This document shows, one piece after another, positions 50,001 through 59,046 of a stretch of 64,000 bases of DNA; the first letter of the stretch is position 1; the number at the start of each line of letters is the position of its first letter. A program made the translations under genes and the position numbers. Origin of the DNA: an uncultured delta proteobacterium (GTDB taxonomy: Bacteria > Myxococcota_A > Polyangia > Polyangiales > Polyangiaceae); contig CAWJCS010000003.1 in the NCBI GenBank assembly GCA_963841435.1, forward strand, positions 1 to 64,000, written 5' to 3'. The notes under the pieces are model-generated. The model saw only the letters and a program-made list of their open reading frames with translations. It was not told the origin of the DNA and searched no databases.

Positions 50001-50829
50001 CCTCGAGCACCGCGGCGCCGTTCGTGACCTGGGATCCGACGAATATTCGAATCATTTCGGCCGGTTGTGGGCGCACAAACAGCGAGCGCGCCGGGCTTTC
50101 GTCGACGCGGATACCGTGCTGCCGGAGCGCGAGATCCACCGCGGCGCCGAGCGCAACGACGCGCAACTTGCCGAGCGCCACGCGAAGCTCTCCCGTGGCA
50201 CCGCGCACACAAGCGATCTCCCAGACCCGTTCGAACTGCGCGGGCGCGCTCCACACGACGGCGTGCACGCTCGCGTCGAGGATGCGCTCGAACAGCTCGA
50301 GGGCGGCCTGGTCGGACGCCATGGACTCGGAGAGCAGTCGAACCGTCGCCCCCTTCTTCTCGAGCAGCTCGAGCAGGCGCACGTCCGGATTGAGAGACGC
50401 GACGCCGATCACGCGGCCCCGGAGATCGTGGTCGTCGAGCGCGCCGCTCACGCTCTCGAACGATGCGAGCGGCGCGGCGATGTCCGCTTTGAGGCCGAGC
50501 TCGCGAAGCGCGAGCGCCGGCTTCGGACCCTGCGTGATCTTTCGCACGACACGCAGTGCATCGAGCACTTCCTCCTCGCGCTCGAGCTCGCGCGCGTACT
50601 CGACGATGAGCCGCACGCTCTGCGCCGTGAACATGATCATGTCGTCGAACTGGCGTTCGTAGAGGTCGACGATCCAGCTCTCGAGCGGGCGCGCGGCCGT
50701 GCCGACGGGCTCGAGAGAAAATCGAGTTAAATCGCCACCTTCGTGACGGATCAGCCGCGCGGCGGCATCGAGATCCGACGCTTCGGGAAGGACGATGTGC
50801 AAACCTGAAAATACACCAGTACTGGCCAT
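47026..50829 (-). CDS. nirB: NAD(P)H nitrite reductase: HemD-like N-terminal domain + NirB + NirD Rieske, fused
   Basis: N-terminal FT..S..., GPKP..ALRELG HemD-like motifs; GNGMVG, CSC/CGGC, CEH/CEIC, CVGTTWC, SGCIREC; C-terminal CPH...CPQH. Alternative ATG at 50850. Confidence 0.93.
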   Translation of the reverse strand: MASTGVFSGLHIVLPEASDLDAAARLIRHEGGDLTRFSLEPVGTAARPLESWIVDLYERQFDDMIMFTAQSVRLIVEYARELEREEEVLDALRVVRKITQGPKPALALRELGLKADIAAPLASFESVSGALDDHDLRGRVIGVASLNPDVRLLELLEKKGATVRLLSESMASDQAALELFERILDASVHAVVWSAPAQFERVWEIACVRGATGELRVALGKLRVVALGAAVDLALRQHGIRVDESPARSLFVRPQPAEMIRIFVGSQVTNGAAVLEARGSEKPAAPPRAGGAARQTIVVVGNGMVGWKVCERISELDTERRYQVVTFCEEPRPAYDRVALTSFFEKSGADELLLAGLDWYKERGIRVLLGERAVELNRKRRAVRSSSGEWVPYDVAVLATGSMPFVPPIPGVDKAGVFVYRTIEDLVGIREHAKRAKRAVVLGGGLLGLEAAKAVHDLGLETHVVEFAPRLMPRQLDGAGARLLTRSIQALGVQVHLNLAAQRVLGDRSVEGVEFSEGDPLEADLLIVAAGIRPRDELAREAGLEVGDRGGIVVDDHLRTSDPTVRAVGECALYDNVVYGLVAPGYEMATVLARNLVGDASAKYQGSDLSAKLKLLGVDVASFGDPFADATGGASILYEDLVKGVYKKLVVSEDRTKLLGGILVGDAADYTRLTQVMRSDQTLPDNPEELIFGAREGQSASAGLGESAQVCSCNNVTKQQICHAIRRGECSTVSEIKSKTRAGSGCGGCMPLVTDILKAELKAAGQIVREGLCEHFALTRQELYEVLKIKGHRTFDELLRSHGTGNGCEICKPAVASILAVLYNDMILEEPHATLQDTNDRFLANIQRGGLYSIVPRIPGGEILPEKLIVLGEVARKYGLYAKITGGQRIDLFGARVDQLPDIWEELVNAGFESGHAYGKAVRTVKSCVGTTWCRFGVQDSVGFAIRVENRYKGLRAPHKLKSAVSGCIRECAEAQGKDFGLIATEKGWNLYVCGNGGMKPKHAVLLAADLDEATVIKYIDRFLMYYIATADRLTRTATWFEKLEGGIEYLRAVVIHDRLGIADELERQMQFLVDTYKCEWAEVVRDPKKRARFKHYANTGEHDDSVELIDQRGQKRPRDWKDDEPAKVRSRLHLPLIQTSWVKVGRVEDFPKDGGVAVRYGEAQIAVYNFSSRGEWYASQNLCPHMKDMVLSRGILGDQKGEPKIACPQHKKTFSLKSGDCLSGDPYRIRTFPVKVENGFVLVDLPNVREVGQLVPIKLAEMACPA

Positions 50830-51186
50830 GCGCGCGGACCTCACCGCCATGGGTCTTACCCGCTGATGCGAACCGGAAGCGCGACGGTCGTGCTCGGCTT
50901 TCGGTGTTCGCGACTCTGACTATTCAGTGTACGCGACCGGAAAAGTGCGTCAACGCGCAAACGGGGGCTCGCAGCGCCGGGAATCGACGTCCAGAATCTC
51001 GGGTGAAATGCACATGAAATGGCGAAACGCTACCGACACACGAGTTTACAATCGAGAAACGAACCGGAGGGCACGGAGCTTTCCTGAAACGGGAGCGCTC
51101 GGTGCGGTCACGACTCGGTGCAGTCACGAATGAGCTGAGGCGTTCGCGGCCACGCGCTAGCGGGCGCGCGCCAGCGCCCTCGACGC

Positions 51187-51450
51187 TCAGCCGCCGGACA
51201 CGGGCGGGAGGAGCGCCACTTCGTCCCCAGCGGCGATGCGCGCGTCGGGGCCGGCAAGCTCCTCGCCGACCGCCACGCGAACCGCTCCCAGCACGCCACG
51301 CAGGGCCGGCCGGATCGTCGGGAGAAAGGCCAGGAGCTCGGCGACGCGAGTCACCCCCTCGGGCAGCGTGATCACCTCGCCGTCGCTCCCTAGGCGCTCC
51401 CTGAGCGCGGCAAAGTAGAGGAGCTTGATATGCCGTTCGCCAGAGACCAC
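51187..51450 (-). CDS. moaD: Molybdopterin synthase sulfur carrier subunit
   Basis: LLYFAALRE...GDEVALLPPVSGG C-terminus. Confidence 0.93.
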   Translation of the reverse strand: MVSGERHIKLLYFAALRERLGSDGEVITLPEGVTRVAELLAFLPTIRPALRGVLGAVRVAVGEELAGPDARIAAGDEVALLPPVSGG

Positions 51451-51466
51451 GCTCGCCTCGTAGCAC

Positions 51467-52009
51467 ATGACCGCGTCGCACGCCCCGAGCAGCCCGACCC
51501 ACGACGCCGTGCGCGTGCTCACCGTGACGGTGAGTGATTCGCGGGCGGCGGCAGACGACGAATCCGGCGCTCGCCTTCGCGACTTGCTCACCGCGGGGGG
51601 CGTCATGCTCGTCGAGCATCGGTTGATTCCCGACGAGCCCGAGCAACTGAAGGCCATCTTGCGCGAGGTCGCCGAACGCGACCTCGCCGATGCGGTCATC
51701 AGCACGGGCGGCACGGGCATTGCCCCGCGGGACAGGACGATCGAGGCGCTCGATGCCCTCTTCGAGAAGCGTCTCGATGGTTTCGGCGAAGCGTTCCGGC
51801 GCCTGTCGTGGGACGCGATCGGACCGCGCGCCGTGCTGTCGCGCGCCGTCGCGGGGGTGGTCGAGGGTCGTTTCGTCGCCGCGCTGCCGGGAAGCCCGCG
51901 TGCCGTCGAGCTTGCCGTGAGCGCCGTGCTCTTGCCGATCCTCGAGCATGCCGTGGGCCTTTTGCGAGGACGCGCGCACCAGCACGGCCACGGATCGGGC
52001 CACCGATGA
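51467..52009 (+). CDS. moaB: MogA/MoaB molybdopterin adenylyltransferase
   Basis: TVSD...DESG, IPDE, STGGTG..PRD.T.EA, LSRA, LPGSP. Confidence 0.9.
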   Translation: MTASHAPSSPTHDAVRVLTVTVSDSRAAADDESGARLRDLLTAGGVMLVEHRLIPDEPEQLKAILREVAERDLADAVISTGGTGIAPRDRTIEALDALFEKRLDGFGEAFRRLSWDAIGPRAVLSRAVAGVVEGRFVAALPGSPRAVELAVSAVLLPILEHAVGLLRGRAHQHGHGSGHR

Positions 52010-53223
52010 GCGATCTGCTTTCGTTCCAGGCGGCGCGCGCCGCCGTGCTGCGCGACGTCATGCGGGTCGCTGCGGAGCGAGTGCCGCTCGCCGACGCGCT
52101 CGGTCGCGTGCTCGCCGAGAGCGTCGTCGCGAACGGGCCGCTCCCACCGTTTTCCTACAGCGCCATGGATGGCTACGCCGTGGCGGCGGACGCGCTGACG
52201 GGCGCGCCGCCGTGGGAGCTCGTCGTGAGCGGCGAAAGCCGGACGGGTCACCTGCCCGAGCGCTTCGTGCCGGGCACGAGCTGTCGCATCTCGACGGGCG
52301 CGCGCATTCCAGTGGGCGCCGACGCGGTCGTGCCCGTGGAGCTCGTCGAGGAGCGCGGCGAGCGGATCCGGCTGTCCGTCGTGGTCAAGGAGGGCCAGCA
52401 CGTGCGCCCGGCGGGCCAGGATCTCGCCGCGGGAGCCGTCGCGCTCGAAGCGGGCGAGCGCCTCGGGGCGTCCGCCCTGGGGCTCGCGGCGTCGCTCGAC
52501 CGGACGGAGCTCTCGGTGGCGCGGCAGCCACGCGTCGCCATTCTCGCCACGGGCGACGAGCTCCGCGCGGCCGGGGCAGCACCGCGCCCCGGCTCGATCC
52601 CCGACAGCGTCTCGCTGCCGCTGGCGGCGCTCGCGCGGCAGGCAGGAGCGCGGCCGCACATCGTGGGCCCGGTACCCGACGATCGGGCGGCGACGGAGCA
52701 CGCGGTTCGCGCGGCGCTCGAGGGGTCCGACCTCTTGCTCACCGTCGGTGGCGTGAGCGTGGGACGCCACGATTGGGTGCGACCCGCGCTCGAGGCAGAA
52801 GGCGTGAGCATCGAGTTTCATGCCGTCGCCATCAAGCCGGGCAAGCCCCTCACCTTTGGTCGGCGCGGCAAGGACGGGCCGATGGTGCTCGCCCTGCCCG
52901 GGAATCCGGCGAGCGCGCTCGTCACCTTCGCCCTCTTCGGCATGCCGCTGGTCCGGGCCATGCAGGGCGACAAGCGACCGCTGCCCCGCACGCTCGTTTT
53001 GCCTCTCGCGACGCGTGCCCACCACAAGCCCGGAAGACTCGAGTTTCTGCGCGCACGTCTCGAGCTTGGCGACGACGGGCTCATGGTCGCCCCGCTCGCC
53101 AATCAGGCCTCGGGAGCGCTGACGAGCCTCGCCTGGTCGGACGCTTTCGCGCTCTTGCCGGCCGACGCCGAGGAGCTCGCGGCCGGCACGCCCATCGAGG
53201 TCGTGACGTTCGCCGACCTCTGA
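52006..53223 (+). CDS. moeA: Molybdopterin molybdotransferase
   Basis: PPF..SAMDGYAV, ISTGA, TGDEL, GGVSVG, IKPGKP, LPGNP. Confidence 0.95.
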   Translation: MSDLLSFQAARAAVLRDVMRVAAERVPLADALGRVLAESVVANGPLPPFSYSAMDGYAVAADALTGAPPWELVVSGESRTGHLPERFVPGTSCRISTGARIPVGADAVVPVELVEERGERIRLSVVVKEGQHVRPAGQDLAAGAVALEAGERLGASALGLAASLDRTELSVARQPRVAILATGDELRAAGAAPRPGSIPDSVSLPLAALARQAGARPHIVGPVPDDRAATEHAVRAALEGSDLLLTVGGVSVGRHDWVRPALEAEGVSIEFHAVAIKPGKPLTFGRRGKDGPMVLALPGNPASALVTFALFGMPLVRAMQGDKRPLPRTLVLPLATRAHHKPGRLEFLRARLELGDDGLMVAPLANQASGALTSLAWSDAFALLPADAEELAAGTPIEVVTFADL

Positions 53224-53257
53224 GCGTGCCGACCGCTTTCGCGCGGCCAGATGCGCG

Positions 53258-53800
53258 CTAGTCGCCCGCGTCGTTAGGGTGCGCGTGGTCGGCGTGAGCG
53301 TGCTCGTCGGCGGCGCAGCGAGCGTCCTCCCAGCCGACCCAGTACGGGCCGTCGGGGCCGTGCTCGCGCTTCCAGATGGGCACGCGCTCCTTGACCCGAT
53401 CGATGGCGGCGCGGCATGCCCGGAACGCCTCGCCCCGGTGCGGCGCGCTCGCCGCACACACGACGGCGATGTCCCCCACCGAAAGCGCCCCCACGCGGTG
53501 GAAGATGCACAAGAGCACACCCGGGATTTCGCGCTCGAGCTGGTCGCGGATGCGCCCCATCTCCGCGCGCGCCATGGAGGCGTAGGCCTCGTACTCGAGC
53601 AGTGTCACCGCGTGGCCGTCGTTCGTGTCGCGAACGGTACCGAGGAACGTGACGACGGCCCCGGCCCCCGGGCGGCGCACGGAGGCGACCGCGCGATCGA
53701 CGGACAGCTCGCCGCCGAAGAGCGCCACGAGCTCCGGTGCCCCGGCGTCGGACGGCGATGTAACGGCGTCGGACGGCGATGTAACGGCGTCGTCCGTCAT
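53258..53800 (-). CDS. moaE: Molybdopterin synthase catalytic subunit
   Basis: GAVVTFLGTVR, LEYEAY, HRVG.L, SAPHRGEAF, K..VPIWKRE. Confidence 0.94.
   Translation of the reverse strand: MTDDAVTSPSDAVTSPSDAGAPELVALFGGELSVDRAVASVRRPGAGAVVTFLGTVRDTNDGHAVTLLEYEAYASMARAEMGRIRDQLEREIPGVLLCIFHRVGALSVGDIAVVCAASAPHRGEAFRACRAAIDRVKERVPIWKREHGPDGPYWVGWEDARCAADEHAHADHAHPNDAGD
53743..53792. repeat. 21-bp tandem repeat (2.4 copies) in the moaE N-terminus
   Basis: cggcgtcggacggcgatgtaa x2 plus a partial copy; encodes DAVTSPS repeats. Confidence 0.85.
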
Positions 53801-54447
53801 GTTCCCGGCTTCCGGTAGTCGCCCGAGCGCCCGCCGGACTTGCGGACGAGCTCGACGCGCTCGATGGTCATGGCGCGGTCGGCGGACTTGAGCATGTCGT
53901 ACAGCGTGAGGGATGCGATGCTCGCAGCGACGAGCGCCTCCATCTCGACGCCCGTGCGATCGAGCGCGCGCGCCGTCGCGAGCACGCGCACCCCGGGCGG
54001 CTCCGAGCTCGGCTCGAGCTCGACCTCGACGCCCGTGAGCGCGATGGCATGACAGAGCGGGATGAGCTCGGGCGTGCGCTTGGCGGCCTGAATACCGGCG
54101 ATGCGCGCCGCCGCGAGCACGTCACCCTTCGGCGCCTTTTCGGAAACGAGCAGCTGGAGAGTTTCCGGGCGCATCGCGACGAAGGCGCGCGCCTCGGCGG
54201 TGCGCACGCTGACGCGCTTGTCAGAAACGTCCACCATGTGGGCGTCTCCGCGAGCGTCGAGGTGGCTCAGCGCCGGCCCCTTGCCGCCCACGATCTCGTC
54301 GAAGGCGGCGCGAAGCCTCCCCGCTCGCGCTTCTGGGCCCGAGCGACCCGGCTCCGAGAGCTTCGCGAGCACGTACCGTTCGAGCGCGCCGAGCTCGGAC
54401 CAGCGTCGCTCGAGCTCGACCACCTGCTCGCCGAGCGCCGTGCTCAA
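53797..54447 (-). CDS. moaC: Cyclic pyranopterin monophosphate synthase MoaC with an N-terminal extension (C-half of a NarM-like domain)
   Basis: LSHLD..G.AHMVDVS.K, KGDVL..ARIAGI.AAK.T..LIPLCH, TGVEMEAL, YDMLK, KSGG. Confidence 0.93.
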   Translation of the reverse strand: MSTALGEQVVELERRWSELGALERYVLAKLSEPGRSGPEARAGRLRAAFDEIVGGKGPALSHLDARGDAHMVDVSDKRVSVRTAEARAFVAMRPETLQLLVSEKAPKGDVLAAARIAGIQAAKRTPELIPLCHAIALTGVEVELEPSSEPPGVRVLATARALDRTGVEMEALVAASIASLTLYDMLKSADRAMTIERVELVRKSGGRSGDYRKPGT

Positions 54448-54720
54448 GGACGGAGGGATCGAAGTGGGATTCGGGTCGGGGAAGCACGCGCTCGACGGCG
54501 GGCACCGCCCGAGCCACGAGGTCCTCGACGAGGCTCACGGGGACGCTCGGCGCGGCGCCGCTCGCGACGAGCGTGCGACGATCCGCCGGGTCGAGCGCAC
54601 GCCAGGCTTCGAGCGACACCCGCGCCCCCACCCAGTCGAGCGCCCGCCGCGCTGCGAGGGGGATGAACGAAAGCGCCTCGTCGGGTTCCTCGAACGCGAA
54701 CAACCGAACGATGTTGCCAT
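54448..54720 (-). CDS. NarM/nitrate-reductase-associated domain, N-half; probably fused to moaC across a frameshift
   Basis: FAFE...LSFIPLAARRALD..G..VSL.AW..L...R..L pattern; the C-half W..L..LERY.L.KL sits in the moaC frame. Confidence 0.6.
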
Positions 54721-54815
54721 GAACGCTGTTTCGGTCCAGTTTCGCTCGTTATGGGCCCGGCAGGCGCCGTGGAAAGGCTTGACCGGGTGCCGATTTCTGC
54801 AACAGGGATGGAGCC

Positions 54816-55806
54816 GTGAGCCGCTCGCTGCCGATGCACGTCGCCCTGCCCCCGAGGAGCGTGCGCGTTTCGCTGACCGACCGCTGCGATCTCGCGTGCC
54901 TGTACTGCCGCGCGTCGCGCAGCGAGCCGTACGCGACCGACCGGCTCGACCTCGGCGCGATCCGCACGCTGCTCGAGGGGCTCTTCGCGGCCGGCGTGCG
55001 GCGCGTGCGCTTCACGGGCGGCGAGCCGCTGCTCTCGCCGCACGTCGTCGAGGCGGTGCGTGCGGCGGCGACCCTCGGCGCCGACGACATCGCGCTCACG
55101 ACGAACGGCACGCGCCTGGCGCGCCTCGCCCCGGCACTGCGCGAAGCCGGCCTGAGGCGGCTCACGCTCTCGCTCGATTCGCTCGACCCCACCCGCTTCG
55201 CGCGCATCACACGCGGCGGCCGCCTGGGCCCAGTGCTCGAGGGCCTTGCCGTCGCGCGCGGCGTCGGCTTCGACGAGATCAAGCTCAACACCGTGGTGCT
55301 CCGGGGCGAAAACGACGACGAGCTCGAGCGCCTGCTATTTTTTGCCTGGAAGCACGGCCTCACGCCGCGTTTCATCGAGGTGATGCCGATTGCCGAGGGC
55401 GCGGCCATCGCGAAAGAGCGCCTCGTGCCGGCAGCCGAGGTGCTCGCGCGCTTCGCCCCGTTCCTCGAGGAGGGGTCGCCCGAGCGTGACCCGGATCGCG
55501 GGCCCGCGAAGTACCGCGTCAGCAAGCTCGATCCGCGCCTGCGCGTCGGCGTGATCACGGGCACGACGGACACGTTTTGCGACAGCTGCGACCGCCTGCG
55601 CGTGTCGTCGAGCGGCACGATGCGGCCCTGCCTAGCGACCGACGAGGGCCGTCGCCCGGCGGGCGAAGCCGCGCGCCAAGGCAACGTCGAGGCGGTGTCG
55701 CTCGCGGTGCGCGAGGCCTGGCGCATGAAACCGGACGGCCGCACCTGGCGCGGCTGCACCGAGGACACCGCGAAGGACGTTCTCGATGCGTGCCGTCGGC
55801 GGCTGA
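54816..55806 (+). CDS. moaA: GTP 3',8-cyclase MoaA; +1 frameshift near 55780
   Basis: SLTDRCDLACLYC, TGGEP, TTNG, SLDSL, RFIE.MP, FCDSCDRLR...PCL. Removing one base restores SMRAVGG-stop at 55806. Confidence 0.93.
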
Positions 55807-55817
55807 GGGGCGCGGCT

Positions 55818-56942
55818 TCAGAGCTCGGAGCGCGCGGGGCGGGGCGCCCAGCGGCGCACGACGCACGCGATGTCCCCGTTGTAGACCGAGCGCGGTGGAA
55901 GCGGGCGCCGGCGCGTGCGGCCGATGGGCTGCTCCGCTTCGAGCAGCAGCGCGACGCTCGCGTCGGGGTGACGATCGACGAGGCGGGCGAGGTCGCGCGC
56001 CAGCGCGGCGGGGCGCTCGAGGCGGCGGCCGTAGGGCGGGTTCGCGACGAGGGCGCCGAGCGTCGCGTCGTCGAGCTCGGCGAGCGAGCCGCGCGAAAGC
56101 TCGAGCTCGACGCCGGCGCGCCGGGCCATGCCGCTCGCCTGCTCGAGCGCCTCGGCCGAGACGTCGCGCCCCACGACGCGGACGGCGCTCGCTCGCTCCG
56201 CGGCGCGCGCTTCCTCGCGGAGCGCCGCCATGCTCCTTTGCTCACTCACGTCATGGCTCGCCCAGCGCTCGAAGCCGAAGCGCGCGCGACCGAGCCCCGG
56301 CGCGGCGTTCTTCGCCCACAGGGCGGCTTCGACGAGCAGGGTGCCCGAGCCGCACGCTGGGTCCGCGAGCGGCGCCAGGCGATCCCACTCGGAGTAGCGG
56401 AGCACGGCGGCGGCGAGCGTCTCGCGCAGCGGCGCCTCGGCGCCCGGGTCGCGAAAGCCGCGCTTGTGGAGCGGCTCGCCCGCCAGGTCGAGGTAGAGCG
56501 TCGCCACGTCGCGTACCAGGTGCACGAAGAGCCGCACGTCGGGGTCGCGCTTGTCGACGCTCGGTCGTGAGCCGAGTCGGTCGCGGATGCGGTCGACGAC
56601 GGCGTCCTTGGTGAGCTGCGAGAGGTATTCGGTGTGAGTGAGGCGGCTCGAGCGGCAGGCGGCCGACACGACGAGCGTCTGGCGCGGCGTGAGCACTTCG
56701 TCGAGGTCGACGGCGCGCACGCCGTCGTAGAAGGCGCGCTCGTCGGGCGCGTCGAACGTGGCGAGCGGCGCGAGCACGCGGCTCGCGATGCGCGACCACA
56801 GGCAGATGCGCTGGCCTTCGCGCCACTCGCCTTCGACGTGCACGCCACCGCGATCGGCGCGCACGCCCGAGACACCGAGCTCGACGAGCTCGTCGCGCAA
56901 CGCCGGCTCGGTTCCCTTCGCCGCCGTGACGAACAGCTTCAC
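55818..56942 (-). CDS. rlmL: THUMP-domain rRNA methyltransferase (RlmL-like)
   Basis: LWSRIASRV, KDAVVD, GEPLHKRG, APLRETLAAA, DPACGSGT, NPPYG. Confidence 0.88.
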   Translation of the reverse strand: MKLFVTAAKGTEPALRDELVELGVSGVRADRGGVHVEGEWREGQRICLWSRIASRVLAPLATFDAPDERAFYDGVRAVDLDEVLTPRQTLVVSAACRSSRLTHTEYLSQLTKDAVVDRIRDRLGSRPSVDKRDPDVRLFVHLVRDVATLYLDLAGEPLHKRGFRDPGAEAPLRETLAAAVLRYSEWDRLAPLADPACGSGTLLVEAALWAKNAAPGLGRARFGFERWASHDVSEQRSMAALREEARAAERASAVRVVGRDVSAEALEQASGMARRAGVELELSRGSLAELDDATLGALVANPPYGRRLERPAALARDLARLVDRHPDASVALLLEAEQPIGRTRRRPLPPRSVYNGDIACVVRRWAPRPARSEL

Positions 56943-57517
56943 CCGCGCTCCACGTCCTCTTTCGTATCCCAGTCCCGAAGCTCGGCGAGCTCCCGGTCGT
57001 CGAGCTCGAGGGCGGCCGCGCCGACGCCGAGGCGCGCCGCCACGCGTTGCAGCGAGCGGTCGCCGGTGGCAAGCGTTTCTTCGACGGCGCCGAGCGCGCT
57101 GGTTTTCCAGCGCGCGGCGAGCACGTGGAAGACCGCTCCCTCGCGCGGGGCAAGCAGCTCCGCACCGGGTGCTTCGCGGGCGAGCCGCTCGACGAGCCCG
57201 GTGCCGAGGGACGGCAGGTCGGTCGCGAGGGCGAGCGCGTGCGTCGCGCCACGCGCACCGGCGTGAAGGAGCAGCGCACGCAGCCCGCCGAGCGGCCCCA
57301 CCCCGGCGGGCGCGTCGGGGATCGAAAGCAGGCCGAGATCGGCATGCTCGGTCGCATCGCCCACGAGCACGAGTGGGACGTCGCCAAGGGCCTGCCGGCA
57401 AGTGCCGACGAGGCGCTCGAGCAGCCGCTGGCCGTTCGGCGCGCGGAGGTTCCCCTTGACGATGCCACCGAGGCGCGTGCCACGCCCCCCCACGAAGAAG
57501 CCGACGATGAGCGACAA
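56939..57517 (-). CDS. mobA: Molybdenum cofactor guanylyltransferase
   Basis: GGRGTRLGG..K, GPLGGL, ATDLP, D.DT.ED; Moco gene context. Confidence 0.82.
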   Translation of the reverse strand: MSLIVGFFVGGRGTRLGGIVKGNLRAPNGQRLLERLVGTCRQALGDVPLVLVGDATEHADLGLLSIPDAPAGVGPLGGLRALLLHAGARGATHALALATDLPSLGTGLVERLAREAPGAELLAPREGAVFHVLAARWKTSALGAVEETLATGDRSLQRVAARLGVGAAALELDDRELAELRDWDTKEDVERG

Positions 57518-57579
57518 GGGCAGAACCCTTAGCGCGGGGGCTTTGACGGGTCCATCCTGGCGGCGTAGAAGGGCGCCCG

Positions 57580-59011
57580 GTGACCGCTCCGCTCGGTGAC
57601 CACGCGCGCCTCAGCCTGGCGTTCTTCGCGAGTCGCGTCCTTCTTCACGCGCTGGGCCTGCAGACGAGCTTCGATCTCGGCTGGATGTTCCTCGCCGATC
57701 CGGTCGATTTCGAAGGAGCACCTCGCCTCGACCCTGGTGTGGTTTCACGCCTACCCGCCCGGGTGGAATCTCCTCACGGGCGCGCTGCTCGCGCTCGGCG
57801 ACGCCGCCTCGCTCGCGGGCTCCCTTTTCGGCCTTCTGGGCCTCGTGCTCGTGAACGCGCTCTTCGTGCTCGGACGAGCGCTCGAGCTTTCGCGGAGGAC
57901 GGCCTTCGCGCTTGCGCTCGCGTTCTCGCTCACGCCCCCGACGCTGTACTTCGAGCACCTCTATCACGAGACGTACGTCACCGCGTTCCTGCTCGTGCTC
58001 GCCGCGTTGCTCTTGTACCGCGCCGTCTCGTCGGAGCGCGCGGGCACGTTCGCAGCGTTCTTCTCCGCTTGTGCGCTCGCGTCGGTCTTCAGGAGCACGT
58101 TTCATCCCCTCTGGCTCGTCGGGATGGTCGCGCTCGCGCTCGCCGTCGTGCGCCCGGCGGCGAGGCGGCGCGTGCTCGTCGGCGCGATAGGTCCGCTCTT
58201 CGTGGTCGGCGCACTGTGCGTCAAGAACGCCGCGCTGTTCGGCTTCTTCGGCCTCACGTCGCAGACGAGCTTCCTCGTGCACTCGACCGTCCGCCGTCTA
58301 CCGCCTGAGCTCTTGAACGCGTGGGTTCGCGAGGGCAAGCTCTCGAAGCTCGCGAGCATCAGCGTGTACGCCGGGCCGAGCGCGTACGACGGCCTGCTCC
58401 CGCCGCCACCGGCCGGCCTGCCCTCCCTCGTGACGGCGCTCGAGCGCCCGACGACGCACCAGCCGAACTTCAATCACTGGTATTTTCTCGAAGCGAGCCC
58501 AATCCGCGAGGCCGATGCCCTCACCGTGATCCGCGAGCGCCCCGGCGCGTACGCGAAGACCGTGCTCGCGGGGCTCCGTCAGCTCTTCGAGCCCTCGACG
58601 CACTGGCACCCGCACGACGCGCAGCCGAGTGGACCGCATTTTTCACACCGGCAGGTGCTCGGAAAGTACGAGGCGGCGTACGACCGCGTCGTGCACGGCG
58701 TGCCGTTCTCGCCCGTCGGGCTGTATATTTTTCTGCCGTTCGCGCTGGTCGCGGGTGTCGAGCGCACGCGGCGCCTGCTTGCCGCGCACGGGCGCGGCGC
58801 GCGGGCGGAAGCGGCGCTCGTCGTCTTCTGCCTCGTGCAAATCGCGTTCGTCGTCGTCGTGAGCAGTCTCGTGACGTTCTCGGAGTCGGCGCGCTACCGC
58901 TACGCGATCGAGGCGCCGATCTGGCTGCTTTTCGCCGTCTGGCTCCGTGACCCCTGGCCGCACGCACGCGCGCTCGTGGCCCGCCTGACGGCCCGCTCGT
59001 CGCGCACTTGA
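57580..59011 (+). CDS. GT-C/ArnT-like multi-TM membrane protein; frameshift near 57710
   Basis: H..PP motif, YHE, many TM helices, C-terminal RYR. The protein-like N-terminus is in the 57580 frame and the remainder in the 57596 frame. Confidence 0.65.
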
Positions 59012-59046
59012 CAGAACGCTGGAAGGCAAGGACCTTCTAGCGTCGC

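Noticed and set aside
51187-53520. 777-aa ORF ending in MoaD
   Set aside because: Antisense to moeA/moaB; only the last ~88 codons are MoaD.
53743-53792. 21-bp repeat as a CRISPR or regulatory array
   Set aside because: No spacers; it is an in-frame coding duplication in moaE.
54816-56570. 584-aa MoaA with a novel C-terminal domain
   Set aside because: The extension comes from a frameshift before SMRAVGG and runs antisense to rlmL.
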